Numbered from the stretch's first letter, positions 21,501 through 31,703 are shown. The stretch is 64,000 nt of DNA from Prevotella sp. CAG:485 (GCA_000437495.1 FR897805.1:3160-67159), one strand, 5' to 3'. The notes: generated by a model from the letters alone, not told the origin. Program-made: numbers and translations.

Positions 21501-22505
21501 CTACTTGCTCACCTTCACCACTCGGGGCTGTACGTTATAGGGCAGAATTCCCGTCTCGGAAATTATTTTCTGGCCTATAAAGCCCGTAAGGAAGGCATAG
21601 AAGCTGTGAGGCAGTGAGCCGTTGGGCGCTGTGCAGATTGCATATACTTTGCGGAACAGAGGATAGGAGCCGTTGAAAATATTGGCCTGATAGGGCTTCA
21701 CTGGTTTCAGAGCATCGGTGGCACGCACAGGCAGCACCTTCACCTTATCGGTGAATTCAACGTTGACGGTATCGGTGGTGTTCTCAAGTTGCTTAACACG
21801 CTGTGCCATAGGCTGTTTGCCGGCGGCCTGAAGGCTGTCGCCAAGCCAGCTGACAGACATGATGCCAAGCACGTTGCGATTTTTCTGCACCATCTCAAAC
21901 ACATCCTTGTTGTTCTTTTGAGCGAAGGCGTTGGGGTTTTGCGAAATCATCTGTCCCTTGGGCAGGAACTTGTCGCGCATATAATTTACTGTAGAACTGC
22001 CTTCGTTGTCAAAGACTATCTTTATGGCCGAAGTGTCTGTGCCGGCAAGCTGATTCCAGTGCGAAATCTCGCCGCGCATAATCTGGCCCACTTCCTCCTC
22101 GGTGATGAAGTCAACGGGGTTATCCTTGTTGACCACAATAGCCACCGCGTCAACGGCAATGCACTGTTGCCTTACGTTGCGTTCCTGCTCCTGATGAATG
22201 CGCTGACATTCATCCTTGGTGAGTTCGCGCGTAACAATTATCAGTCGGCATTTGCCGGCTTTCAGCGAGTCTATGCAGGCGTTTTCGTTGAGGTAGCTGG
22301 GCAGGATGAAGGCTTCGGGATACTGATACTCGAAAACCTCGATTTCCTCTTCAAGTATGCGCCGGAAGCCGTCTTCGCAGGCTATGAAATCAGAACCTTT
22401 GGCGTATTCTCCTTTTTTATAGTCGGAGCAGGAAGAGGTCAGTGCCGTAACCACCAGAATGGCTGCGGCAAAGATGCTTATAAGTTGCGGTCTGTGTTTT
22501 TTCAT
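21501..22505 (-). CDS. Lipoprotein with a PBP-like (PstS/phosphate-binding-like) substrate-binding domain.
   Basis: The start is at MKKHRPQLISIFAAAILVVTALTSSC, giving a lipobox. The fold is periplasmic-binding-protein-like. The first 18 residues of the ORF track lie upstream of the likely start. Confidence 0.55.
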   Translation of the reverse strand: MKKHRPQLISIFAAAILVVTALTSSCSDYKKGEYAKGSDFIACEDGFRRILEEEIEVFEYQYPEAFILPSYLNENACIDSLKAGKCRLIIVTRELTKDECQRIHQEQERNVRQQCIAVDAVAIVVNKDNPVDFITEEEVGQIMRGEISHWNQLAGTDTSAIKIVFDNEGSSTVNYMRDKFLPKGQMISQNPNAFAQKNNKDVFEMVQKNRNVLGIMSVSWLGDSLQAAGKQPMAQRVKQLENTTDTVNVEFTDKVKVLPVRATDALKPVKPYQANIFNGSYPLFRKVYAICTAPNGSLPHSFYAFLTGFIGQKIISETGILPYNVQPRVVKVSK

Positions 22506-22507
22506 TT

Positions 22508-22744
22508 TCAAGGTTTGTTTTTCCACAAACGATAGCCGCGCCAAACGCCGTATGCGCATAAGATGGCTCCGACTATTATTGCTATGGTAGGGGTGAAGAT
22601 TTCAAATGTCTTGTTGGCCACGATGAGCAGAATGCCTATGCCGATGTAGAATATCACCATGAAGATGCCGAACCAGATGCGCATGGGAGCTGCTCCTTTC
22701 ATGCTGTTGTTTCTGTTTCTCTCTTCTCTCTGATTGTTTTCCAT
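22508..22744 (-). CDS. Small hypothetical membrane protein (about 79 aa, two predicted TM helices).
   Basis: Starts MENNQREERNR...; hydrophobic core IWFGIFMVIFYIGIGILLIVA...IAIIVGAILCAYGVW. It lies 2 bp upstream of the PBP-like gene. Confidence 0.4.
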   Translation of the reverse strand: MENNQREERNRNNSMKGAAPMRIWFGIFMVIFYIGIGILLIVANKTFEIFTPTIAIIVGAILCAYGVWRGYRLWKNKP

Positions 22745-22995
22745 GTTGCAGTGTATTTTTTGTTTTATCTTTTTAACAACTCTGTTTAAGGTTCTGTTCG
22801 TTGGCAACGGCTTTGCAGCTCAAAAAATCGCGCGGCCGCATAACCGTCTGAAAAGAGCCTCCCGCAGGTGTCGTAAACAGGCAGCTGAAAAAATCCCGAC
22901 TGCTTAGACAGCTTAATCTGTCAGCTTAAGATTGAACGACGCGCATAGCCGTAACAGACTATGCGCGTCGGGTTTTCTTAGCTGAGCGCCGGGAA

Positions 22996-23541
22996 TTAAG
23001 CTTCTTCAGCAGGTTTCTCTTCGCTTTGAGCTGCTTCGGCTTCGAGAGCGGCTTTAGCGGCAGCTTCTTGCTCGGCAAGCTTCTCTGCTTTTTTCTTGGC
23101 TATGCTCTCTTCACGAGTCTTGTTGACGTCAGATTCGTGTTTTTTGCGAGCCTGAGCCTGCTCGGTAGCCTTAGCCTCTTCCTTAGCCTTGCGGCCGGCG
23201 AGAGCTTTCTCGCGGTCAGCTTTCCAGGCGTTGAAACGACGTTCGGCCTCTTCCTGGCTGAAAGCGCCTTTCTTTACACCGCCGCGGAGGTGCCACATCA
23301 GCAGCACGCCTTCGCGCGACAGAATGTTGCGGGCGGTATCGGTGGGCTGTGCGCCCTGCTCTATCCAATACAAAGCGCGGTCGAAGTCCAGACTTATTGT
23401 AGCAGGATTAGTGTTCGGATTATAGGAACCTATCCTTTCAATAAATCTGCCATCTCGTGGCGCCCTGCTATCGGCGATTACAATCGGGTAGAACGCGTAG
23501 CCTTTGCGGCCATGCAGTTGCAGTCTGATCTTCGTTGCCAT
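22996..23541 (-). CDS. rpsP: 30S ribosomal protein S16 with a Bacteroidetes-type A/E/K-rich C-terminal extension.
   Basis: N-terminus [35 protein letters not shown]. Confidence 0.9.
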   Translation of the reverse strand: MATKIRLQLHGRKGYAFYPIVIADSRAPRDGRFIERIGSYNPNTNPATISLDFDRALYWIEQGAQPTDTARNILSREGVLLMWHLRGGVKKGAFSQEEAERRFNAWKADREKALAGRKAKEEAKATEQAQARKKHESDVNKTREESIAKKKAEKLAEQEAAAKAALEAEAAQSEEKPAEEA

Positions 23542-23695
23542 AACTTACGGTCTGTTTTGAATTGAATTTTGGTTTTTGTTTTCTTTTTGCTTTCGCAGTT
23601 TTTGCCTCGCTGAGGCCTTCACTTGCTTTTGCGACTGCAAAGTTAATGCTTTTTCGCGAATTTTCATTAATTTCGCGCAGAAATTTTTAAAAATA

Positions 23696-24805
23696 ATGCC
23701 TACACCCTCTTTACTCGACCGTCTGTCGGTGCTTGAAGACCGTTATCGCGAGGTGTCGACGCTTATTGCCGACCCTGATGTTATTGCCGATCAGCAACGC
23801 TATGTGAGGCTCATGCGCGAATATCATGATTTGGGTAAACTCGCCGAAACAGGTGCCCGTTACCGTGCCCTCATCAATGGTCTCAATGAGGCCAGAGCCA
23901 TTATTGCCAACGAGTCTGACGAGGAGTTGCGCGAGATGGCCAGGCAGGAAGCTGACGAGAATGCACGCCGGATTCCCGAGCTGGAAGAGCAGATAAAACT
24001 GATGCTGATTCCGCCAGACCCTGACGATGCCAAAAACTGCATTGTGGAACTTCGCTCGGGTACCGGCGGCGATGAAGCGGCTCTCTTTGCCGGCGATTTG
24101 TTTCGCATGTACGAGAAATTTGCCGAACGCAAGGGCTGGACGCTGACTGTCTCTTCTGTCTCGCCGGGAACTGCCGGCGGCTTCAAGGAGATTGTCTTCA
24201 CCCTCAGCGGTAACAACACTTACGGGGTGATGAAATATGAAAGCGGTGTTCACCGTGTGCAGCGAGTGCCTGCCACGGAAACGCAGGGTCGCGTGCATAC
24301 GTCGGCGGCAACGGTGGCAGTACTCCCCGAAGCCGCGCCATTTGAGGTGGAGATTCACGAAGGTGAGATTAAATGGGACACTTTCCGAAGCAGCGGCGCC
24401 GGCGGTCAGAACGTCAATAAGGTGGAGAGCGGCGTGAGGTTACGCTATCCGTGGAAGAACCCGGAAACGGGTCAGACTGAGGAGATTCTGATTGAGTGTA
24501 CGGAAACGCGCGACCAGCCCAAGAATAAGGAAAGGGCGTTGGCAAGGTTGCGTACCTTTATCTATGACCGCGAGCATCAGAAATATGTTGACGACATAGC
24601 CTCGCGCCGCAAGTCTATGGTCAGTACAGGCGACAGGTCGGCAAAAATCCGCACATACAATTTCCCGCAGGGTCGAATCACCGACCACCGCATCAACTTT
24701 ACGGCTTATAACCTGCAGGCTTTCCTCGACGGCGATATACAGCAGCTAATCGACGCTCTGACGGTGGCCGAGAATGCCTCCAAACTGGCGGAAGCAGAGC
24801 TGTAA
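23696..24805 (+). CDS. prfA: Peptide chain release factor 1.
   Basis: Has the GGQ motif (SGAGGQNVNK) and a PxT-class RF1 body. I placed the start at MPTPSLLDRL (23696); the first 40 residues of the ORF track form an unlikely extension. Confidence 0.9.
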   Translation: MPTPSLLDRLSVLEDRYREVSTLIADPDVIADQQRYVRLMREYHDLGKLAETGARYRALINGLNEARAIIANESDEELREMARQEADENARRIPELEEQIKLMLIPPDPDDAKNCIVELRSGTGGDEAALFAGDLFRMYEKFAERKGWTLTVSSVSPGTAGGFKEIVFTLSGNNTYGVMKYESGVHRVQRVPATETQGRVHTSAATVAVLPEAAPFEVEIHEGEIKWDTFRSSGAGGQNVNKVESGVRLRYPWKNPETGQTEEILIECTETRDQPKNKERALARLRTFIYDREHQKYVDDIASRRKSMVSTGDRSAKIRTYNFPQGRITDHRINFTAYNLQAFLDGDIQQLIDALTVAENASKLAEAEL

Positions 24806-24847
24806 GTATCTGGTAATAAGGATAATACTTTTACACACACTAATATA

Positions 24848-25666
24848 ATGACAAGAAACGAACTGACAGCAGAGATAAAGCGCACAGGCAGCTTTTTGTG
24901 CGTGGGTCTCGACACTGACGTTGAAAAAATTCCGCAACATCTTCGGTCCAAAAAAGATGCCGTTTTGGAGTTCAACCGTGCCATCATCGACGCAACTGCG
25001 CCTTATTGCGTGGCTTACAAGCCCAACAGCGCCTTCTATGAATGTCGCGGCGCAGAGGGATGGGAGGAGTTGCGCCAAACGTGCCGTTACATCAAGGAGA
25101 AATATCCCAATAAACTGCTCATCATCGACTGCAAACGCGGCGATATAGGCAACACGGCAAAGATGTATGCCAAAGCAATGTTTGAAGACCTTCAGGCCGA
25201 CGCTGTTACGATAGCACCTTATATGGGCAGCGACAGTGTGATGCCTTTCCTGGCTTACGAAGGCAAATGGGTTATTCTGCTTGACCTCACCTCTAATCCC
25301 TCGGCAAGTGATTTCCAGCTCATCACCGATGCCGATAACACGCCTCTTTTTATTAATGTGTTGCGCCGCTCGCAAAAATGGGAAGGCGTGTCGGACTCAA
25401 ACATGATGTATGTGGTAGGTGCCACAAGGGCAGAGATGCTTGCCGAGATTCGCAAGGAAGTGCCTTCGAGCTTTCTGCTCGTTCCGGGCGTAGGCGCTCA
25501 GGGTGGTAGTCTCGAAGATGTCTGCCGTTATGGTCTGACAGCCGATTGCGGACTGTTGGTGAACTCATCGCGCGGCATCATCTATGCCTCCTCAGGTGAA
25601 GATTTTGCTCAGGCAGCTGCGGCAAAAGCTGAAGAAATGCGGAATCGGATGGTGGCTTTTGTGTGA
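24848..25666 (+). CDS. pyrF: Orotidine 5'-phosphate decarboxylase (type 2).
   Basis: 272 aa with the motifs LCVGLDTD and [12 protein letters not shown]. Confidence 0.9.
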   Translation: MTRNELTAEIKRTGSFLCVGLDTDVEKIPQHLRSKKDAVLEFNRAIIDATAPYCVAYKPNSAFYECRGAEGWEELRQTCRYIKEKYPNKLLIIDCKRGDIGNTAKMYAKAMFEDLQADAVTIAPYMGSDSVMPFLAYEGKWVILLDLTSNPSASDFQLITDADNTPLFINVLRRSQKWEGVSDSNMMYVVGATRAEMLAEIRKEVPSSFLLVPGVGAQGGSLEDVCRYGLTADCGLLVNSSRGIIYASSGEDFAQAAAAKAEEMRNRMVAFV

Positions 25667-25739
25667 AAATTTGCATGACTTTCGGATTTTATCCTTAAAT
25701 TTGCAGATTCAAACACGAAAGTACCATAAACTCAAACGC

Positions 25740-27749
25740 ATGAAACACAATTACCTGTTTGCAATGGCAGCATTGTTACTTTCGGGAGCAGCCCTGTTGC
25801 CATTGACCTCCAACGGCCAGATTGAGTATGTAGATCTCGGACTGCCGTCAGGCACTCTGTGGGCCAACATGAATGTGGGCGCCACTCAGGAAAGCGATTC
25901 CGGCTTCTACTACCAATGGGGCGATACCGTAACCCGCAAAGCCGATTTCTCCTGGAAAAACTACAAATGGTGTAACGGCACTCAGCAGCACATGACCAAA
26001 TACTGCACCGACAGCACTTATGGTGATGTGGACAACAAGCTGGTGCTTGACCTCCTGGATGACGCCGGCGCCCTCGCCGCCAACGTAGGCAGCCCCACAA
26101 AGGCTGAGTTCGATGAGCTGCTCGACAAGAAGCTCTGCAAATGGACCCTCGACACCGTAAACGACCGCAAGGGTGCCCGCGTAACCGGACCTAACGGCAA
26201 TTCCATTTTCCTGCCGGCTTACGGCTTCCGCACCGGAACGCGCGTGTCGTCAAACAACTTGGCAGGCTGCTACGCCACCAACACGCTCAAGGATGCCCCC
26301 GCGCGTTACAACTACAACTCTTATGTGGTTCGTTTTGGCGTGTCGCGTACGGGTGTCAGCATTGACTCCCGCGACCATAACGGCTCAGGATATGTGCCCC
26401 GCAACTACGGTTACAACATCCGTCCGGTAAAACGTTCGCAACCGGCCGGAACAACGTTCACGGTAGGCGATTACAAATACGTCATCCTTGACGATTCCCT
26501 CCGCACGGTGTCTCTGACCCCTGCCAACGACACGCTGGTGGATGTGGTGATTCCCGAAACGGTGAAGTTCGATGACTTTACCTATACCATTACAGAAACC
26601 ACGGAGCGCGCATTCAACAATATGAAGACGATGAAGAGCGTTGATGTGCCTCGCACACTGGTGAAGTTCGGAAAACAGTCGTTTAATGGATGCTCGAATC
26701 TGAAAAAGACCACTATCCACGACGTCAACGCCTGGATGAGAATTGACTTCTCAGGCTCCTCACTGTCAAATCCTACCTATCAGTCGAAGAACCTCTATCT
26801 CAACGACTCAGTTCTTGAGACGGCAATCATTACAGATACCATAAGCCAGGTAAATCCCCTCTGCTTCTACTATTGCCAGACTCTGAAGAAAGTCGTGCTG
26901 CCTCCCACGGTTAAGAAAATTGGCAAATGGGGCTTCTACAGATCAGGTGTTGAAGAGGTTTCACTGCCCGAAGTCCTCACCACTTCTGAAGATTATGCCT
27001 TCCAGTACAGCGGTCTGAAGACCCTGTCAATGCCCGCCAATTACACGGTGATGAAGAACGGCACATTCGCCCACTGCAAGAGCCTGCAGAAGGTGAAGAT
27101 AGCTGACAACATGATTACTCTGCCCATGAACACTTTCCAGGGTTGCAATGCTCTGACAGAAGTTGAGTTCAACAAGCGACTGAAGACCATTAAGAAAGGT
27201 GCTTTCGTAGCCACCGCTCTTAAAGATGTCGTCTTCCCCGATTCACTGGAGAAAATCGAGAATCAGTCGTTTGTAGACCCCATCTATTTGGAAACCATCA
27301 CCTTCGGTGAGAAAGTGAACTTCATCGGCTATATGTCATTCTACGTTAACGCCTCTACAATTCAGCAGTTTAACTGGAAAACGCCCATGAAGGCTGTGCT
27401 CTGCAAAGCTGTTGTGCCTCCCACAATCGAGTTCACCACGAACAAGGAGGGCCAGTCGTACGCCGAAGTATGGAACGAGGAAGTTTACACCAAAGCCACC
27501 CTTTATGTGCCGGCAAGCAGCATCGAGGCATATAAGAATGCTCCCGAATGGAAACGCTTTGTCAATGTCAAAGACATCAACGAATACAACGGCGTTGAGG
27601 GCATAGACGGCGATGCCGAAGTAGTTTATGTGAAATGGTTCACCATGGATGGCGTTCAGGTGTCGAACCCGGCTCCCAATAACCTTTATGTGAAAGTAAC
27701 CGGTTATTCCAACGGTCAGCGCCTGGTAAGCAAAGTGCTTTATCGCTGA
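25740..27749 (+). CDS. Secreted fusion protein with an N-terminal FISUMP (Fibrobacter succinogenes major paralogous) domain, BspA-type leucine-rich repeats, and a possible T9SS C-terminal sorting domain.
   Basis: Starts at MKHNYLFAMAALLLSGAAL (ATG at 25740; the upstream 52 residues of the ORF track are not credible). The FISUMP signature reads GLPSGTLWANMNVGA...YYQWGD...LPAYGFR...GYNIRPVKR. It is followed by FxGCxxLxxVxIP-type LRRs and a beta-rich tail, ...NLYVKVTGYSNGQRLVSKVLYR. Confidence 0.8.
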   Translation: MKHNYLFAMAALLLSGAALLPLTSNGQIEYVDLGLPSGTLWANMNVGATQESDSGFYYQWGDTVTRKADFSWKNYKWCNGTQQHMTKYCTDSTYGDVDNKLVLDLLDDAGALAANVGSPTKAEFDELLDKKLCKWTLDTVNDRKGARVTGPNGNSIFLPAYGFRTGTRVSSNNLAGCYATNTLKDAPARYNYNSYVVRFGVSRTGVSIDSRDHNGSGYVPRNYGYNIRPVKRSQPAGTTFTVGDYKYVILDDSLRTVSLTPANDTLVDVVIPETVKFDDFTYTITETTERAFNNMKTMKSVDVPRTLVKFGKQSFNGCSNLKKTTIHDVNAWMRIDFSGSSLSNPTYQSKNLYLNDSVLETAIITDTISQVNPLCFYYCQTLKKVVLPPTVKKIGKWGFYRSGVEEVSLPEVLTTSEDYAFQYSGLKTLSMPANYTVMKNGTFAHCKSLQKVKIADNMITLPMNTFQGCNALTEVEFNKRLKTIKKGAFVATALKDVVFPDSLEKIENQSFVDPIYLETITFGEKVNFIGYMSFYVNASTIQQFNWKTPMKAVLCKAVVPPTIEFTTNKEGQSYAEVWNEEVYTKATLYVPASSIEAYKNAPEWKRFVNVKDINEYNGVEGIDGDAEVVYVKWFTMDGVQVSNPAPNNLYVKVTGYSNGQRLVSKVLYR

Positions 27750-27768
27750 TAGTTTAGTCTAAAGATTA

Positions 27769-27826
27769 AGAGGCTGCGGAAAGTTGCATTAGCAATGTTT
27801 TCGCAGCCTCTTTTCCTGTTTTTGAG
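27769..27826 (+). terminator. Rho-independent terminator of the FISUMP-LRR gene.
   Basis: Hairpin AAGAGGCTGCGGAAAGTTGCATTAGCAATGTTTTCGCAGCCTCTT followed by TTCCTGTTTTTG. Confidence 0.6.
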
Positions 27827-27895
27827 TCGGAGAGAAAAACCTTACTTTGGGCCGAGTGTTATAGTATAAGAGAATGAAAAAGAGATAAGAACAAT

Positions 27896-28129
27896 TTGAC
27901 AGTTACAACAATGAAGACAATTTCTATTTTAGCCTATTTCCTTGGATCAATATTGCTGATAGCCTCCTGCTTCACTTCCTCACTGGCTCTGACTTGGTGC
28001 TTTGGAGCCGCCGCAGTGGTTTTCCTTATAGTAGGATGTGTATTTCAGTTTAACAGCAAACAGTCGGTTGCGCATACCTACGTTCACACGTCGCACACGC
28101 ACAACGACCATTTCAACCAAGCTCGCTGA
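27896..28129 (+). CDS. Possible small membrane protein with a His-rich tail; its status as a gene is uncertain.
   Basis: 77 aa with two hydrophobic helices and a C-terminal HTYVHTSHTHNDH tail. Its 3' end overlaps the convergent murU by 17 bp. There is no homology signal I can recognise. Confidence 0.25.
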   Translation: MTVTTMKTISILAYFLGSILLIASCFTSSLALTWCFGAAAVVFLIVGCVFQFNSKQSVAHTYVHTSHTHNDHFNQAR

Positions 28130-28847
28130 CAAAGGCCTCAGCCTTTGCCAGAGCATCCGGCTTGCCGATGTCGAGCAAGCGCAGATTCTCCATATAGAAT
28201 CTGCTGAAAGTCATTTCAGCGCAGGCAGTTAAGAAGAAATCCATGATGGGAAAGACAGGTTTGTCCATGTCTTTTCTCATTTTTATTATAGCCCCCTTGC
28301 CCATAATATATATACCGCTGAAAGCCTCCTCACACTCCGAGTCAGGGGCGTAAGATGCCGGTTTTACAGCTCCCGATTTCAGGTCATGCCAGCCGCATAA
28401 AGCCCCATTTTTGTCGAAGGCTAATTTGCGCGAAGACACACGCCCCGAAGTGAGCAGAGTGGCATGAGCCTGCGTGGCAATATGCTGTTGCATTATCATT
28501 TGCAACGGCGCATTGCTGAGAATATCCACATTATGTACTAACAGAGGCTCGTTGCCGCCTAAAACCTCGTCTGCCTGCAAAATGCCGCCGCCCGTGTCGA
28601 GCAGCTGGTCCCTTTCATCGCTGATGCAGATTTCAGCCTTGTTATCACGGCTGCTCAGAAAGCTGATTATCTGGTCGCCGAAGTGATGCACATTGACCAC
28701 TATGCGGCCGAAACCCTCATTTTCCAGCTTCGTCAGAACCCGCTCAAGCATCGGCACGCCGGCAACCGGCACCAATGCCTTCGGATGCTCTAAAGTCCAT
28801 GGCTTAAGCCGGGTACCCAAACCCGCTGCAAGAACCAACGCCCTCAT
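28113..28847 (-). CDS. murU: Sugar-1-phosphate nucleotidyltransferase, MurU-like (N-acetylmuramate alpha-1-phosphate uridylyltransferase family).
   Basis: N-terminus MRALVLAAGLGTRLKPWTLEHPKALVPVAG is an NTP-transferase signature. It is in an operon with an AmgK-like kinase. Confidence 0.75.
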   Translation of the reverse strand: MRALVLAAGLGTRLKPWTLEHPKALVPVAGVPMLERVLTKLENEGFGRIVVNVHHFGDQIISFLSSRDNKAEICISDERDQLLDTGGGILQADEVLGGNEPLLVHNVDILSNAPLQMIMQQHIATQAHATLLTSGRVSSRKLAFDKNGALCGWHDLKSGAVKPASYAPDSECEEAFSGIYIMGKGAIIKMRKDMDKPVFPIMDFFLTACAEMTFSRFYMENLRLLDIGKPDALAKAEAFVSELG

Positions 28848-29275
28848 AGCTCCTCATGAATATTCTGTTCGCGGTGGCAGAGCGATACGACCACCTGAGG
28901 AAATTTTTCCTTGATGTGCCGGGCAAGATGTTCGGCACTGTATACAGACCGGTGTTGGCCGCCTGTGCAGCCGAAACCCACTGATAAATCGGTAAATCCG
29001 CGTTTCAGATACTTCTCTACAGCCCGGTCGGTGAGAGCGAAGACATTCTGCAGGAAAGGCTGTATCTCACCCTTCTCTTCCAAAAAACGCTGCACAGGCT
29101 CATCGCGCCCTGTCAGCATCTTGTATTCATCGTAACGGCCCGGATTATGCAGACAGCGACAGTCAAAAATAAATCCGCCTCCGTTGCCGGCTGTCTCCAC
29201 GGGATAGCCGCGCCGATAAGAAAAACTTTCTATATGAAGCCTCAGAGGCTTTTTCTCATTTTCCGGTTGACACAT
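28844..29275 (-). CDS. Standalone RapZ C-terminal-domain protein. The N-terminal P-loop domain of RapZ/YvcJ is absent.
   Basis: Motif SVGFGCTGGQHRSVYSAEHLARHI matches E. coli RapZ [23 protein letters not shown], and the upstream FDCRCLHNPGRYDEYKMLTGRDEPV aligns with RapZ [25 protein letters not shown]. It is only about 144 aa. The start codon is ambiguous between 29275 and 29293, and either choice overlaps the amgK 3' end. Confidence 0.7.
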   Translation of the reverse strand: MCQPENEKKPLRLHIESFSYRRGYPVETAGNGGGFIFDCRCLHNPGRYDEYKMLTGRDEPVQRFLEEKGEIQPFLQNVFALTDRAVEKYLKRGFTDLSVGFGCTGGQHRSVYSAEHLARHIKEKFPQVVVSLCHREQNIHEEL

Positions 29276-30272
29276 ATATCTCAGGTTTATCACATATATA
29301 CTGTGAAATTCGTTTTAGCTCGGGGTAAGGCTCAAAAGTGCCGTTATCAATAAGACCGCGCAGAGAACGCAGAGCCAAAGGAATGCTTTTCAGAAAATGT
29401 TCCTTGCGCTGAGTGAGACCCCTCATGCCGTATGCCCCCAAAGTCTGCAAAACCCGCAGCGGAACCATTTCATAGACAGCCTGCGTTACCTCTTCCTCAG
29501 AAACGGGGCGCAAAGAGGCCAGTTCACGGGCGTAAACATTGATGAATCGGCGCTGAGTGGCATCATTAAGCGCAAGACGAGCCTGCCAAAGCATCGACAC
29601 CACATCATAGACAATCGGTCCCGGGCGTCCACCCTGAAAATCTATCCAATAGAGGTCTCCGTTGTGGGCCATGATATTGCGGCTCTGGCAGTCGCGATAC
29701 ATGAAACCCCATAACTCAGGTTTGCACGAAGAGAGCCTCTTAGCCATGAGCTGAAAATCATCTTCAAGCAGATTCTCGTCCATGGCAATGTCCTTGGGCT
29801 TGAGGAAACAATATTTGAAATAGTTGAGGTCCCACAAAATGAGCCGGCTTCCGAAAGGGGGACGCACAAGCGCCGCTGTGCCCACAGTCCTCGCTCCCGT
29901 CTGCAGATGCGGCAAAGTACGCATTGCCTCCTCAAACATCTTGCCAAGCACAAATGAGGCAAAGTCGGGGGCCTTGGCCCTGTCAAACAGCGATATATTG
30001 CCAAGATCCTGCTGCAGATATACCATACGGTCGGCACTTACAGCATAAACATCCGGCACCTTAATGCCGTCGGCCTTTAAGGCGCCCTGCAAGGCGAAAA
30101 AATCCTCATTCTCAGCCGCGTCAGTGCCCACGGTGGCTATAACCGAGCGGTTCTTCCCCGCGATACGGTAATACCGCCTACCCGAACCCGAAGCGGCTAT
30201 CGCTTTCATGGCCTCAGGCTGCCCGAAATGTTCCCTGAAGAGCTCCAAGGCCCTCTTCTCAACCTCTTTCAT
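29256..30272 (-). CDS. amgK: Aminoglycoside-phosphotransferase-fold kinase, AmgK-like (anomeric MurNAc/GlcNAc kinase family).
   Basis: 338 aa with a kinase-like fold (Brenner-type motif ...DCQSRNIM...IDFQ). It is operonic with murU. Confidence 0.7.
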   Translation of the reverse strand: MKEVEKRALELFREHFGQPEAMKAIAASGSGRRYYRIAGKNRSVIATVGTDAAENEDFFALQGALKADGIKVPDVYAVSADRMVYLQQDLGNISLFDRAKAPDFASFVLGKMFEEAMRTLPHLQTGARTVGTAALVRPPFGSRLILWDLNYFKYCFLKPKDIAMDENLLEDDFQLMAKRLSSCKPELWGFMYRDCQSRNIMAHNGDLYWIDFQGGRPGPIVYDVVSMLWQARLALNDATQRRFINVYARELASLRPVSEEEVTQAVYEMVPLRVLQTLGAYGMRGLTQRKEHFLKSIPLALRSLRGLIDNGTFEPYPELKRISQYICDKPEIYVSTGK

Positions 30273-30408
30273 ACTGCAAAATTACGAAATTTCTCTCTAC
30301 ACACATTACATTATATTATTTTTAGTTAATTTTGCAGCGGCATTGAACACCACTTACCATTATCGGTGTTTATACAAAAGGTAAATGTCAGAAAACACAC
30401 AAGTAAAA

Positions 30409-31668
30409 ATGGCAAACATTAAAGACTTTAACTTCGAAGGCAAGCGTGCCATAGTACGCGTAGATTTCAATGTGCCCCTCGATGAGAATGGCCATATCAC
30501 CGACGATACCCGCATCCGCGGTGCCCTTCCCACCCTCAAAAAGATACTCGACGACGGCGGCAGCCTTATCCTGATGTCGCACATGGGCAAACCCAAAGGC
30601 AAAGTCAATCCCAAACTCTCGCTGCTGCAAATTCGCGACGCTGTGGCGAAAGCCCTCGGCCGCGACGTTCAGTTCGCCCCCGACTGCATGAAGGCTAAAG
30701 AGGCAGCCGAAAACCTCAAACCCGGTCAGGTGCTTCTGCTTGAAAACCTCCGTTTCTATCCCGAAGAGGAAGGCAAGCCTGTGGGCATAGACAAAGCTGA
30801 CCCCGGCTATAAAGCTGCTGCCGAGGAGATGAAAAAACGTCAGAAAGAATTTGCCAAGACCCTGGCTTCTTACTCCGACGTTTATGTAAACGACGCCTTC
30901 GGCACAGCTCACCGCAAACACGCTTCAACAGCCGTGATTGCCGACTACTTCAAACCTGAAGACAAGATGCTCGGCTTCCTGATGGAAAAAGAGGTAAGCG
31001 CCGTTGACAAGATTCTGAAAAACATTCAGCGTCCCTTCACCGCCATCATGGGCGGCAGCAAAGTCAGCACCAAGATTGGCATCATTGAAAACCTGATGGA
31101 CAAGGTTGACAACCTGATACTCTGCGGCGGCATGACTTACACCTTCGCCAAGGCTCAGGGCGGCAAGATTGGCGATTCGCTCTGCGAAGACGATAAGCTG
31201 CAGCTTGCCCTCGACATCATTGCCAAGGCAAAAGAAAAAGGTGTGAACCTGGTGCTCGGCACCGATTGCGTGGCAGCCGATTCATTCAGCAACGACGCAA
31301 AGACGCAAATCTGCCCGGTGAACAATATCCCTGACGGATGGATGGGTCTGGACGCCGGTCCTGACAGCATTCTGGCCTTCCGCAACGTCATTCTGCCCGC
31401 CAAGACCATACTGTGGAACGGCCCGGCCGGAGTCTTTGAGTTCGACAATTTCTCAAAAGGCTCGTGCGCAATAGCCGAATCCATAGCTGAGGCAACCTCC
31501 AACGGCGCCTTCTCGCTGGTTGGCGGCGGCGATTCCGTGGCCTGCGTCAACAAATTCGGCCTTGCCGACTCCGTTTCCTACGTCAGCACAGGCGGCGGCG
31601 CTCTGCTCGAAGCTATTGAGGGCAAAACCCTTCCCGGCGTGGCCGCTGTAGAAGGCAACAAAGAATAA
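30409..31668 (+). CDS. pgk: Phosphoglycerate kinase.
   Basis: Start at [23 protein letters not shown], with a canonical PGK body. Confidence 0.95.
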   Translation: MANIKDFNFEGKRAIVRVDFNVPLDENGHITDDTRIRGALPTLKKILDDGGSLILMSHMGKPKGKVNPKLSLLQIRDAVAKALGRDVQFAPDCMKAKEAAENLKPGQVLLLENLRFYPEEEGKPVGIDKADPGYKAAAEEMKKRQKEFAKTLASYSDVYVNDAFGTAHRKHASTAVIADYFKPEDKMLGFLMEKEVSAVDKILKNIQRPFTAIMGGSKVSTKIGIIENLMDKVDNLILCGGMTYTFAKAQGGKIGDSLCEDDKLQLALDIIAKAKEKGVNLVLGTDCVAADSFSNDAKTQICPVNNIPDGWMGLDAGPDSILAFRNVILPAKTILWNGPAGVFEFDNFSKGSCAIAESIAEATSNGAFSLVGGGDSVACVNKFGLADSVSYVSTGGGALLEAIEGKTLPGVAAVEGNKE

Positions 31669-31703
31669 GCGGATAACACTTCGCCCCAAAAGTTACTGAA
31701 CTA

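Noticed and set aside
21789-22535. 248-aa ORF on the plus strand.
   Set aside because: It is antisense to the PBP-like lipoprotein gene.
22931-22975. Hairpin GACGCGCATAGCCGTAACAGACTATGCGCGTC followed by GGGTTTTCTT on the plus strand.
   Set aside because: It is oriented as a plus-strand terminator, but both flanking genes are on the minus strand. It may be an unannotated small RNA end or an incidental hairpin, and the evidence is insufficient to call it.
23026-23565. 179-aa plus-strand ORF overlapping rpsP, and the 40-aa N-terminal extension of prfA (23576..23695).
   Set aside because: rpsP is unambiguous on the minus strand. The prfA extension (MFSFCFRSFCLAEAF...) is Cys/Phe-rich non-conserved sequence upstream of the conserved MPTPSLLDRL start.
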